Assembly (NCBI GenBank): GCA_040382515.1
Contig: JBEIFH010000001.1
Span: forward strand, 32,001 to 96,000
Reading direction: 5' to 3'
DNA length: 64,000 nucleotides
Source: Chlamydiia bacterium
GTDB lineage: Bacteria > Chlamydiota > Chlamydiia > Chlamydiales > RGXB01
Below the pieces are notes generated by a model that was not told the origin of the DNA, did not search any database, and saw only the letters and a list, made by a program, of their open reading frames with translations. Made by a program: the position numbers and the translations under genes. The number at the start of each line of letters is the position of its first letter. Position 1 is the first letter of the stretch. This document shows, piece by piece, positions 29,601-38,187 of this stretch.

Positions 29601-29803
29601 CTGCACTTGTGAAGCACACCTGGTTTGCTTTGGTGCACTACGATGAAAACGCCCCTATGTTTGAAAATCCGGACCTTGTTGTCGTCGTGTACTTGCGGTT
29701 TGGAGATTATGGGAAAGAGGCCCTGCCTTTGGCTGTAGAGATGACCAAAAAATTTTTGGACCTCAAGGAAAAATCCAAAAACGACCAAGTTTTCAATTCT
29801 TAG
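26636..29803 (+). CDS. mrdA: chlamydial-type large class B penicillin-binding protein 2
   Basis: N-terminal TM, RGTIRD, RHYPQG, GRGGVEEVYD, LTIDLELQ, GSIFK (SxxK), SSNIYF (SxN), AIGQ..VTPLQ, GKTAT. Confidence 0.9.
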   Translation: MRNRSMNHTLFALLIFATAFFVLFCRVAYLTLWMHDSYLEQSKGPRELSIHLEPDRGTIRDCNNRPLVINRIAYEIGITFDKIALLPRVSVRNGQKTFPRKEYIETLSVFLATKLQIDRQSIEDMIFSKAALFPNTFFPLKQDVEEGLFYLLKMEEKNWPGLDVRIRSKRHYPQGPVGLNVLGLLGPIQSTQMAQLQHELEVLRSFLNKRNEGIAAPLPVGFFSFQKAQERYQELQKLNYRLHSFVGRGGVEEVYDNHLRGFPGKERFEVDVKGRFLRKLPESVDPLPGKRLLLTIDLELQKHAEELLIQNEKERDDQFKLLSKDHSKIAAPFIKGGAIVVLDPKTSAVLSLASYPRMHPGMDPQMWLESPDHILEIFDGAKPLMKERLDPRTKQPFFETSYLTYEMFLDQILSTDCQVKRSLSKLKTVGKMLFLQQAIMTLLHHFQQQSVQALLDGLFNTDPHQVHFNVPEEFCYEQQFLSPLFSNIRHSKDRLLLYDLCHLFAPLENFSDSLKIALTDEPVEHFVALCQQIRKLEKEVKKQSRLLFKTTYMPVFRKNYFPSFLQQIRKNGGKLPYLDYLKPKEEEFFETFYERNRPLLISSALLGANIAPLFDPKYRLCEELSKIPSVPQIQKRLQDFPAHLIQNLVQVVRTSKMLNGHEKQLAQGFYPRHGFGFFRSFAYQESAPLGSIFKIVSGYAGLKRHLEKELDFTKPFDPNPLTIRDEGPRGDPLDPKNILGFLQDGTPITRNFRGGRLPRSDHPIGKCDLERAIEQSSNIYFSLLAEGANEELLSASKSMGLGSRTGIDLPMEIGGTLPFDLSYNKTGLYAFAIGQHLLTVTPLQVANLLGALVNEGQVKKPRVAKALLGAYTPQQTTLKRFEQYFAPFHLQPALFSKTLNHSLAPFVLPFESQTVRAFAFPKELSYPLLKGMHKVLNGERGGARPEAIRTYFRHPEMKKDYNKLRPYLIGKTATAQISYRPFLDKEGESALVKHTWFALVHYDENAPMFENPDLVVVVYLRFGDYGKEALPLAVEMTKKFLDLKEKSKNDQVFNS

Positions 29804-29818
29804 AATTGAGAAAAACGG

Positions 29819-31129
29819 CTAGATTTTTTTCAAAATATCGGTCGCTATCGGGAATGGGGAGGGGCAAGAATCCACAGCTTTCAAAAGGCGATGGGCCGCA
29901 AGGACTGCCGACTCCAGATAATCTCCTGTCTTTATAAGGTAAGCAGCCATGATCCCGCCAAGTATATCTCCAGCCCCTGCTGTCGCTAATCGGGGTTCTG
30001 CCTCGAGGATCACATAGGGCTTGGCTTGAATTGGCTCAAAGATCCAGGTTGGCGCCCCTTTTTCAAAAAGGACAAATCCCTCTTTTTTTGAATTGCGTAA
30101 GTGACGCATCTCCGATCCGTTCGGGGTGACAATTGCAAACGGTTTTTTCACCCTGTTTACATAGATAGGAATGGCACCTGCATCCACTATCAACGGTTTC
30201 GGATGATCCATGAGGTAGTCAAAAATCGCATCGATAAGCTCTTTTTTTGTCTCGGCCAACCCTGGACCTATGACAATAGCGTCCAACTTCGGCGCCCATA
30301 ATCTGAACGCATCGATCGTCTGCTCAGAAAAGACCGCCTCGACAAGTGGCAGATGAAAATCCTCGTCGCAAAAAAGGCGTACCATTCCGGCACCGGCCCT
30401 AAGAGCAGCCTTGGCGCATAGATACGCAGATCCCTCCATCCCCTTTGAACCCGCTATGATGCCTACATACCCTCGGTCATATTTGTGGACGACTTTTGGC
30501 AACTCAGGTTCCACCAAGGCAGACAACCGGACAACGCGACACACCTCTTCCATCTGATCGAAATAAGATTGCCCCAGACCAAAACCGACTAATTCTATTG
30601 TTTTGTATGCTTTGTAGCCTGCTCCCACTACATGACCCAATTTGTAGGTCCCTATCGCCACACAATGGGATGCCTGGATATGGTATACACTTGCATAACC
30701 GGTGCTGCCATGTATACCCGAAGGGATATCCACCGCGATGATTGGTAAACCACTTCCGTTGGCGGCCATGACAAGGCGTGCCTCATCACCTAAAATTTCT
30801 CCATGAAATCCTATACCGTAAAGGGCGTCAAGGATCACGCCTCCCCGATCTAAGTGGCCAACCCCTTGGTGGATTTCATACCCAAGCTCTTGAAGAAAAT
30901 GGATTGCCTGAGTCCCATCCTTGCCGTTATTCCCCTTGCCTATCAAACAATGGACAATGGGCAAAATAGAGTGTTTTTTGATGAAACGATCCACAGCCGA
31001 GGCTACCGCTTCGCCGGCCTTCTGATTGAAGACTAGCGGATCATGACCGGCTCCGATAGCCAAATCTTCAATACGACGCTCCTCTTCAGAGGAGACCATT
31101 TTATCAAAAGGGATTTCGTAAGGGTTCAA
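29819..31129 (-). CDS. nnr: bifunctional NAD(P)H-hydrate epimerase/dehydratase
   Basis: GKGNNGKDG, DALYGIG, AVDIPSG, HKYDRG, GAG, GPG, LATAGAGDIL. Confidence 0.88.
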   Translation of the reverse strand: MNPYEIPFDKMVSSEEERRIEDLAIGAGHDPLVFNQKAGEAVASAVDRFIKKHSILPIVHCLIGKGNNGKDGTQAIHFLQELGYEIHQGVGHLDRGGVILDALYGIGFHGEILGDEARLVMAANGSGLPIIAVDIPSGIHGSTGYASVYHIQASHCVAIGTYKLGHVVGAGYKAYKTIELVGFGLGQSYFDQMEEVCRVVRLSALVEPELPKVVHKYDRGYVGIIAGSKGMEGSAYLCAKAALRAGAGMVRLFCDEDFHLPLVEAVFSEQTIDAFRLWAPKLDAIVIGPGLAETKKELIDAIFDYLMDHPKPLIVDAGAIPIYVNRVKKPFAIVTPNGSEMRHLRNSKKEGFVLFEKGAPTWIFEPIQAKPYVILEAEPRLATAGAGDILGGIMAAYLIKTGDYLESAVLAAHRLLKAVDSCPSPFPIATDILKKI

Positions 31130-32064
31130 AAAATCTTCCGCACTTCTTGTTTTGCACCATACCGCTCGAATAAAATCTTGTAAACGATTTGGGCGATAGG
31201 CAGTTGAATGACGCTATGGATGGCCTTTGCAGCAAATGCCCCCTCTACAACCATACCGATGCTTCCCCTCGCCTCTTCAGGAGACATGCCGCGAGCTATG
31301 TTTAACCCGCACTGGAAATTGCGACTTTTTTCGGATGAACAGGTCAATATAAGATCCGCCAAACCGGAGTATCCCTCAATACTGGAGGGATCAAATCCCC
31401 TAAACTCAAGAAACTCTTTCATCTCGTGGTAGCCCTTCGTGATCAAGGCCGCCCTAGCATTTTTTCCGTAACCAAGCCCCTCAAGCAACCCGCATAAAAT
31501 TGCATAAATATTCTTCATCGCGCCGCCAAGCATACAGGGTATCGGATGATCCGATTCCTCTGTAAAGAAAAAATCATTGTTAAAAATACGGGCAATCATG
31601 GTGCGCAATTTCGGATCCGGACAGGCGATAGTTGCGCAGGTAGTTTTTTTATCCAAAACCTCGTCTGCAAAGGTCGCTCCGCTTAAAACGGCAACCCCAT
31701 CCAACCCCATCTCTTTAGCTATTTCATATAAAGTTTCCCCTTTATCATTGATCCCTTTCGATGTGATCAATATCGGAATCTGACAATTGAGCTCCTTTAA
31801 AGCCCGCATAACCGGCTCAAATCCTTGCGAAGTGACCGATTCTATCAGTAGGTCTGCATTTTCTATAGCTTTATGCAAATGCTCATGGATAGAGATGGGA
31901 TTCCCCAACTCTACAACAGGAAATCTCGGGTGTTTTTTATGATTCCGTATCGATTCTATCACCTCTTTTTCGATGGAGTACATCTGTACGTCTACATTTT
32001 TCAGCGCCTGCGAAAGGGCAAACGCCCAAGCTCCACTCCCTAAAATCGTTACTCTTTTGATCAT
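31126..32064 (-). CDS. gpsA: NAD(P)H-dependent glycerol-3-phosphate dehydrogenase
   Basis: LGSGAW, SKGI, LSGATFA.EV, GGAMKNIYAI, GLADLILTCSS..SRN, VVEG. Confidence 0.94.
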   Translation of the reverse strand: MIKRVTILGSGAWAFALSQALKNVDVQMYSIEKEVIESIRNHKKHPRFPVVELGNPISIHEHLHKAIENADLLIESVTSQGFEPVMRALKELNCQIPILITSKGINDKGETLYEIAKEMGLDGVAVLSGATFADEVLDKKTTCATIACPDPKLRTMIARIFNNDFFFTEESDHPIPCMLGGAMKNIYAILCGLLEGLGYGKNARAALITKGYHEMKEFLEFRGFDPSSIEGYSGLADLILTCSSEKSRNFQCGLNIARGMSPEEARGSIGMVVEGAFAAKAIHSVIQLPIAQIVYKILFERYGAKQEVRKIF

Positions 32065-32846
32065 GTTAAAACCCTTAATGCATTTTCCAAGCTATCTGTC
32101 CCCACATCCCTTTTGATTGGTAAAAAATGGGCGTTGCGGTCCACTTTCACTACCTCGAAGTTTCGAGCAAGGGGAAAAAAATCAAATACAAATTTTTCCT
32201 GTTTCACTACTTCTACCCCCCGTTGTACCTTTTTAATTTTATGCACTTTAACCAATGGGTCCATACGGGCAGCCCTTTCAAAAAAGGGGAGCGCCGCTGA
32301 AAAAATTCCGGCATAGGCTAGCCCCTCAGAATTTTTAAAAGAGGTGTACTCCTTTACGCTCAATTTATCATCGGTGAAAATCGTCCCTACAGACTCGTTT
32401 TCAGATTTTTTTTCTACAGCTAAAACCACAAGTTCCACATTTTGATGCAGTCCCCAAAACCCGGGTTGCACCAACGGGTTGTCTACAGGACAGACAACAA
32501 TCCTTTCCACCCCCCTTTCTTGGAAAGTCTGGTACACTCCTGAGTCGGCAAAAGCCCTAAATAAATCTCCATTTCCCATCGGGCTCAAGCTATCGGATCC
32601 CAAAACAGGGGCAGATTTTTGATTGAAAAAAAGAAATCTTTTATTTTGCATCCCGAGGGTTTCTACATGCTCTTTTATTTGCTCGTGATTCTTGATCGAG
32701 GTCATGATTGCGACATCTTCCGGGCATTTTTTTAAAATTCTTTCCAACAAGGACGCACCGTGGATCTTAACAAGACCTTTCGGGATATCTAGTTGAAGAC
32801 GGGTGGCATCCCCGGCTGCCAAAATCACAACACCATATTTCTTCAT
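32061..32846 (-). CDS. short eukaryote-type UDP-sugar (UDP-GlcNAc-like) pyrophosphorylase
   Basis: LAAGDATRL...PKG, IMTS..NH, PMGNGD, VDNPL, K.EKFVFDFF, F.PIK; coupled to gpsA as in other chlamydiae. Confidence 0.78.
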   Translation of the reverse strand: MKKYGVVILAAGDATRLQLDIPKGLVKIHGASLLERILKKCPEDVAIMTSIKNHEQIKEHVETLGMQNKRFLFFNQKSAPVLGSDSLSPMGNGDLFRAFADSGVYQTFQERGVERIVVCPVDNPLVQPGFWGLHQNVELVVLAVEKKSENESVGTIFTDDKLSVKEYTSFKNSEGLAYAGIFSAALPFFERAARMDPLVKVHKIKKVQRGVEVVKQEKFVFDFFPLARNFEVVKVDRNAHFLPIKRDVGTDSLENALRVLT

Positions 32847-33135
32847 AAAAAATAAAAAAGAACCTTTTACACACTGCTTTCAAAAAAACGTATCCAGCCC
32901 AACCTATTAGTAAAATACCGGATTAGGTTTGCAATTATGTCTTTTTTACCGTTTTTTTTCCTTGAATATCCTCAAACGGGGTGAAGTCCTACAAGGAGAA
33001 AATGGCATAGTATAGAGGAAAAATGTTTCGTGAGCCCGTTTAGAAAGCTTATGTTTTTTTTTTGATCTCTTTAGCTCGCCAAACAACTCAAAAAAGGGGT
33101 ATAGTCAAAAACCCCTTAGGGAGCAAAAAACAACC

Positions 33136-34017
33136 ATGCCGTTTTTGAGCCTTTTCATTTCTCTACTTATTACTTTCATTTGGGGTCTAAATTTTGTCGT
33201 TATTAAATTTTGCCTTCTAGAGACAAAACCTCTCACCTTGTGCTTTTTACGCTTTTTTCTTACTAGCATTCCCCTTGTGCTTTTCACCAAAAGACCCAAA
33301 ACGCATTTTTCTCTTCTGCTTTTGTATGGCGTCGTGATGTTTGTTATCCAATTCGGGCTCCTTTTTCTAGGCCTCTACCTAGGGATGCCTGCAGGACTCT
33401 CCTCTCTCATTTTGCAGGTACAGGTTTTTTTCAGCCTTTTCATCGGGATGTATGTTTTTGAAGAGAAAATCCGCCCATGGAACTGGATCGGTTGCATGAT
33501 CTCTTTTTTAGGGATTGGAACGGTCATATGGAATCTGGACTCCAGTGTCTCCTATGGGGGATTGTTATGCATCTTGGGTACTGCAGCCTGTTCAAGCTTG
33601 GGCAACCTGATCACAAAAAAAGTGGGTCAGGTCAACAGTTTTTCCCTTGTTGCCTGGGGCAGTTTCATCGCTTGGCCTATCCTGCTCGCTTTATCCCTTG
33701 CATTAGAGGGGCCGACTGTTTTTCTCGACACTCTATTTGATACCCAAGTAGATTTTTGGATTGGAGCCGCTTATATTACCTACCTAGCGACTCTATTCGC
33801 CTACGGAGCTTGGTCTTGGCTTGTGCGCAACAACCCCCTAAAGGCTGTTACCCCCTTCACTTTGTTGACCCCCATATTTGCCCTGTTTGGCGGAACTATT
33901 TTTTTAGACGAACCGTTTCCGATTTGGAAACTCTTTGCTACAATCCTCGTTTTAGCCGGACTTGCCATCAACTTGTTTGGAAACTATCTTTTGCGCCCCG
34001 CCCCTTTCATAGAATAA
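33136..34017 (+). CDS. eamA: EamA/DMT-family exporter (O-acetylserine/cysteine exporter-like)
   Basis: IWGLNFVVIK, GMPAGLSSLILQVQVFF, GNLITK; about 10 TM segments. Confidence 0.85.
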   Translation: MPFLSLFISLLITFIWGLNFVVIKFCLLETKPLTLCFLRFFLTSIPLVLFTKRPKTHFSLLLLYGVVMFVIQFGLLFLGLYLGMPAGLSSLILQVQVFFSLFIGMYVFEEKIRPWNWIGCMISFLGIGTVIWNLDSSVSYGGLLCILGTAACSSLGNLITKKVGQVNSFSLVAWGSFIAWPILLALSLALEGPTVFLDTLFDTQVDFWIGAAYITYLATLFAYGAWSWLVRNNPLKAVTPFTLLTPIFALFGGTIFLDEPFPIWKLFATILVLAGLAINLFGNYLLRPAPFIE

Positions 34018-34159
34018 AAATTTATTTTTTATTTAAAAATTGACCTATTTCATAGGGCTCCTTTAAACTTTTTTATGAGGACATCTACTGTCTTCAAAAA
34101 GAAAAATGCTATAGCCTTGTGCTATTAAATCTTGCACCTTTCAAAAAAAAGGGGGTTCC

Positions 34160-35500
34160 ATGGCATACATGACCTTAATCTTTTTAGGCGCGTTTAGTCT
34201 ATCTGTTTTAATCCTTATAAAGCTTTATCAACGCTGCCCATCGAATAAAATCCTTGTCATCTACGGACGTGTCGGATTTGGAAAAACGATCCAATGCCAT
34301 CACGGTGGTGGACGGATTGTCTGGCCTTTGATCCAGGGATACGCATTTTTAGATCTCACACCGAAAACAATCCACATCTCCCTAAAAGGGGCGTTGTCAC
34401 AGCAAAATATCCGAGTAAACATCCCAAGCACTTTTACTGTTGCATTGGGGATCAGCCCCCAAATCATGCAAAATGCAGCTGTTCGGCTCTTAGAGCTTGA
34501 CGCACGCAGTATTGAAATGATGGCGACAGAAATCATCACCGGCCAGCTGCGTCTGACAATTGCCTCTTTAAGGATTGAGGAGATCAATCAGGATCGCGAG
34601 CGATTCCTTGAGGCAATCAAAGACAATATCGAGGAGGAGCTGCATAAAATAGGCCTTACCCTACTCAACGTGAACATCACCGACATCACCGACGAGTCGG
34701 AGTACATCGACAGCATCGGGAAAAAGGCCTCCTCCACAGCGGTGAATCAGGCTAAAGTGGATGTTGCGGAGCAGGAAAAACAGGGAGAGGTTGGAAAGGC
34801 GTCCCAAGAAAGAGATTGTAGAATTCTCGTAGCAAGCTACAACGCCGATGCGGTGCGTGGAGAAAATGAGTCGAGAGCCGAAATCGCAACCACAAATGCG
34901 CTGCTGGCGGAAAAAGAGGCCGATGCAAAACGGAGAAGCCAGATTGCCATGCAACAGGCTGAAGCCGAGATCCAAAAAGCCAAAACGCTTGCCAATACCC
35001 ACAGATTAGAGGCTGAGCAAATTGTTCCTCAACAGATCGAAAAGCGCAAAATTGAAATTGAGGCTCAAGCAGAAGCAGAGAAAAAAATTCTGATTGCTAA
35101 GGGAGAAGCCGAGGCTATCCTCCTGATCAAAGAGGCGGAAGCGCTAGGAATTCAGAAAATTTTGGATGCAAAAGCGCAAGGGTATAAGTTGCTTATCGAT
35201 GCCTGTAACCACGACGCTCAGAGTGCGTCGACTTTGCTGCTGATGGAAAAACTTGAAACGATGGTCTCTTTGCAAACAGAAGCGATCAAAAACATCAAAA
35301 TTGATAAAATTACCGTTTGGGATTCTGGAAACCAGGGGGAAAACCAGAAATCTACCACCTCCAATTTCCTGAGCCAGTTTGTCAAGTCATTACCTCCGCT
35401 TCACGACGTTGCGAATATGGCAGGCCTCAAAATGCCTGAATATCTAGGGTCTGTTCAAAACTCGAAAAACATTGAAAAAGAGGAATTCCAGCTTCAATAA
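34160..35500 (+). CDS. flotillin/SPFH-family membrane protein
   Basis: N-terminal TM, GGG..VWPLIQ, GQLR..IA....EEINQDRE.F, AE-rich coiled coil, IDKITVWD. Confidence 0.9.
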   Translation: MAYMTLIFLGAFSLSVLILIKLYQRCPSNKILVIYGRVGFGKTIQCHHGGGRIVWPLIQGYAFLDLTPKTIHISLKGALSQQNIRVNIPSTFTVALGISPQIMQNAAVRLLELDARSIEMMATEIITGQLRLTIASLRIEEINQDRERFLEAIKDNIEEELHKIGLTLLNVNITDITDESEYIDSIGKKASSTAVNQAKVDVAEQEKQGEVGKASQERDCRILVASYNADAVRGENESRAEIATTNALLAEKEADAKRRSQIAMQQAEAEIQKAKTLANTHRLEAEQIVPQQIEKRKIEIEAQAEAEKKILIAKGEAEAILLIKEAEALGIQKILDAKAQGYKLLIDACNHDAQSASTLLLMEKLETMVSLQTEAIKNIKIDKITVWDSGNQGENQKSTTSNFLSQFVKSLPPLHDVANMAGLKMPEYLGSVQNSKNIEKEEFQLQ

Positions 35501-35527
35501 ATTTCATCACTATTTAAAAAATTTAGT

Positions 35528-35583
35528 GTAAAAAACCTCTATCCCCGTGGGAAGCGCTTCTCCCCGGAGGTAGAGTTTTTTAC
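35528..35583. terminator. long imperfect inverted repeat between convergent genes, probable bidirectional terminator
   Basis: GTAAAAAA-CCTCTA...GAAGCGCTTC...TAGAG-TTTTTTAC. Confidence 0.6.
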
Positions 35584-35636
35584 TGTCATGATCTTATGTC
35601 TTTCAAAATAGGATTGAAAAGACTTTAAAAGGATCT

Positions 35637-36773
35637 TTAAACCCTTTTTTCATGAAAACTTACAACGGCAACACTTGCAAATTCTTTTATTTCCCGTCCC
35701 AAGGGCATCGCCTTTAAAAGGATGTGTTGCAAATCTGATTTAGGATTTTCCCCGATGGCCTCTTCAAAAAGCTCGATAGGATACATCTCAAAAAACGGCT
35801 TCGTCCCCATTACCAAAGTATCATTCCCTCTCAAAGGGCAACAGGTGATCTTGGGTTTTGCACTGATTGGCCATAAAGATTTGTCTAACTTGCAGCAGGC
35901 GTTGTAAGCCACCAATCCAAGCGCCCTGGAGTGGGGCACCCCTTCCTTAGTATTGGGCCATCGGTACTCACCTGAGAAAGGAATATAGCAATCTGATCTT
36001 GACTTGTGGAGCGCCTTCAATGCTCGATCCAATCGGATGACATCTCTTTTTGAGGAAAAATTCCTGATATTGCTCAACGAAATCAATCCTCTCTTAGCCC
36101 CCTTGTTGATCAAATAGGCACGCGAGTTCCCTAGTGTGGCTGTGTAGACCATAGCATTTTCATGATCAACAATAGATACAACTCCATTTGCACCCACCGC
36201 CTCGAATCCTTTTAAAGACAAAACATTCGCCTCCAATTCGTGAAATGCACGGGCCAAAACCTCTTTTGGACTCAATCCCGCCTGGACTAATGGAGGGATT
36301 ATCGCCTGGATCCTCACTTGTAAAAAATCTGCTATCTCCTTACTGAAAATTCCTTCAAACAGGGAGAATGCAGTGATGGGATTTGCCTGGTCTATGCGCT
36401 GATCCACCTGTTTTAATTCCGCCTTATTGGATTCTTTGAAGATATAACACTCTTTACATATCACCCCGTTGGTCGCTCGGGAGATATCGGCACGTATGCG
36501 CCTTTCAAAATCTTGAATACCTGTTGTCCCTGCCCTCTCGATGAAAGCCTTGAACAGGTTTTTCAAAAGCTTTTCTCTATCCCCTGTTGCGATTCTCTCT
36601 TTAGAAAAAACAGACGCTCCCCCCCGTTTTGAAACACAGCCCAGTCCAAAAAATGCACTGATGCTATCGAAGAAACTCTTCTCAGGTTCTTCAGGGACTC
36701 TTCTTGCACTGCTGCAAAAATCAAAGAATGAGGAGCCTGCCTCGGATGCTCCTCTTGTTGGATTTGTACTCAT
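35637..36773 (-). CDS. PP2C/PPM-fold protein lacking catalytic aspartates, putative secreted effector
   Basis: Recognisable PP2C blocks (GANGVVSIV, YTATLGNSRAYLI, SRALG, KPKIT, DTLVMGT), Ser/Thr-rich N-terminus, AGGAG Shine-Dalgarno. Confidence 0.72.
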   Translation of the reverse strand: MSTNPTRGASEAGSSFFDFCSSARRVPEEPEKSFFDSISAFFGLGCVSKRGGASVFSKERIATGDREKLLKNLFKAFIERAGTTGIQDFERRIRADISRATNGVICKECYIFKESNKAELKQVDQRIDQANPITAFSLFEGIFSKEIADFLQVRIQAIIPPLVQAGLSPKEVLARAFHELEANVLSLKGFEAVGANGVVSIVDHENAMVYTATLGNSRAYLINKGAKRGLISLSNIRNFSSKRDVIRLDRALKALHKSRSDCYIPFSGEYRWPNTKEGVPHSRALGLVAYNACCKLDKSLWPISAKPKITCCPLRGNDTLVMGTKPFFEMYPIELFEEAIGENPKSDLQHILLKAMPLGREIKEFASVAVVSFHEKRV

Positions 36774-37126
36774 AGTATTTACTCCTAATTACTATTTCTC
36801 ATAGCATGCCAGAGTGGATATATATAAGTAAAATTTTAACTTTGCATTAAGCAAGAAAGTGGCTCCTTAACATAGCGTAAATAGTTTTTTTAATTTTTCT
36901 AGGATGCCGTGCACCCGTTAGAAAAGATTGTGCGATAACGTAAATCTCCTTCATAGTCTTTTAAGATTAGGATGGAACGTTTTTTCATTTAGATTCTCTT
37001 TATCATTTTGATCGCCTGTTTCGGCGCGGCCTAAGCTGGCAAAAATCTAGGGCCCTCTTTTAGAAAAAAGGTTCAATCCTAATTTAAAAGACTATAATCT
37101 CAAATCAATAATCAAGATGAGGGCGT

Positions 37127-37612
37127 ATGAAAAAAATCATCCTTGGATTTGATCCGGGAACGGAAAAAGCGGGCTGGGCACTTTTAGAGGCCGATGGTTT
37201 AAAAATCTCTCTTCTTCAATTTGGGCATATTGCAATCCGACCCAGCATGTCGCTGCAAAAAAGGCTCGGCCTGCTTTACCGCGAAGCTTCTAAAATTATA
37301 GAGGTCCACAAACCTATGCAGATTGCGATTGAAGGACAATTTGTCGGTATCAATCCAAAAGCTGCCATGGCTATAGCGATGTCTAGAGGGGTACTTCTTG
37401 CTCTTGCCGACCACCATGGTATAGAAGCGTTCGAGTACTCCCCTAAAGAGGCAAAAATGGGGATCACAGGCAGAGGAAACGCCACAAAAGAGGAGGTGCA
37501 GAAAATGTGCAAACTCCTATTTCGGCAAAATTTTGAAGAACCTTTTGATGCAACAGACGCTATTGCATTAGCCTATTGCCACTTAAACCACCTGAAAGCG
37601 AGAGTTCTATGA
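37127..37612 (+). CDS. ruvC: Holliday junction resolvase RuvC
   Basis: ILGFDPG, AIEGQF, EYSP..K..ITGRGNATKEEV, DATDAIALA. Confidence 0.95.
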   Translation: MKKIILGFDPGTEKAGWALLEADGLKISLLQFGHIAIRPSMSLQKRLGLLYREASKIIEVHKPMQIAIEGQFVGINPKAAMAIAMSRGVLLALADHHGIEAFEYSPKEAKMGITGRGNATKEEVQKMCKLLFRQNFEEPFDATDAIALAYCHLNHLKARVL

Positions 37613-38172
37613 TCGAATATATAGAAGGAAAATTAATTGACCTCACTACGGTAAAAGCAACAGTAGTTGTATCCGGAATCGGTTATGGGATACATATCAC
37701 TTTGACCACATTTGACCGGATTTGCCACCTTCAAGGTCAAAATATCATTTTTCATACCACCCAAATTTTTCGTGAAGACTCCAACCGCTTATTTGGATTT
37801 ATAGACAAGGGAGAAAAAAAACTTTTTGAAACTTTGCACCCCTCGATCGGCCCTAAAACCACACTGTCCCTCTTGGGGCATCTCACCCAAGATGCTCTCC
37901 AACAGGCGATTGAACACGGCGAAGTCGAAACCCTTATTAAGGTTCCCGGAATCGGAAAAAAATCGGCCGAGAGGATCATTGTGGAACTTAAAGGGAAATT
38001 GCAAAACGTCCCGATGGAAAAAACCGACCACGAGGATGCCGTGCAGGCCTTGATTCATATCGGGTATACCTCCGCGGAGGCCAGAAAGAAGGTTTTGACT
38101 GCAAAGGATACCCTTTCAAAAAATGCACCCCTGCAGGAGCTTTTGAAAGTTGCTCTCAAGACGAAGATATGA
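37609..38172 (+). CDS. ruvA: Holliday junction branch migration protein RuvA
   Basis: MIEYIEGKL, GIGY, RED...LFGF, IGPK, VPGIGKKSAERIIVELK; ATGA overlap with ruvC. Confidence 0.95.
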   Translation: MIEYIEGKLIDLTTVKATVVVSGIGYGIHITLTTFDRICHLQGQNIIFHTTQIFREDSNRLFGFIDKGEKKLFETLHPSIGPKTTLSLLGHLTQDALQQAIEHGEVETLIKVPGIGKKSAERIIVELKGKLQNVPMEKTDHEDAVQALIHIGYTSAEARKKVLTAKDTLSKNAPLQELLKVALKTKI

Positions 38173-38187
38173 TAAAATTCTCTCCTT

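Noticed and set aside
26636..29803. Very large PBP2 with KTA instead of KTG
   Set aside because: Large insertions and a non-canonical third motif are typical of chlamydial PBP2.
36795..36812. TGGCA sigma54-like element upstream of the PP2C-like gene
   Set aside because: The -12 TTGC element is missing at the required spacing.
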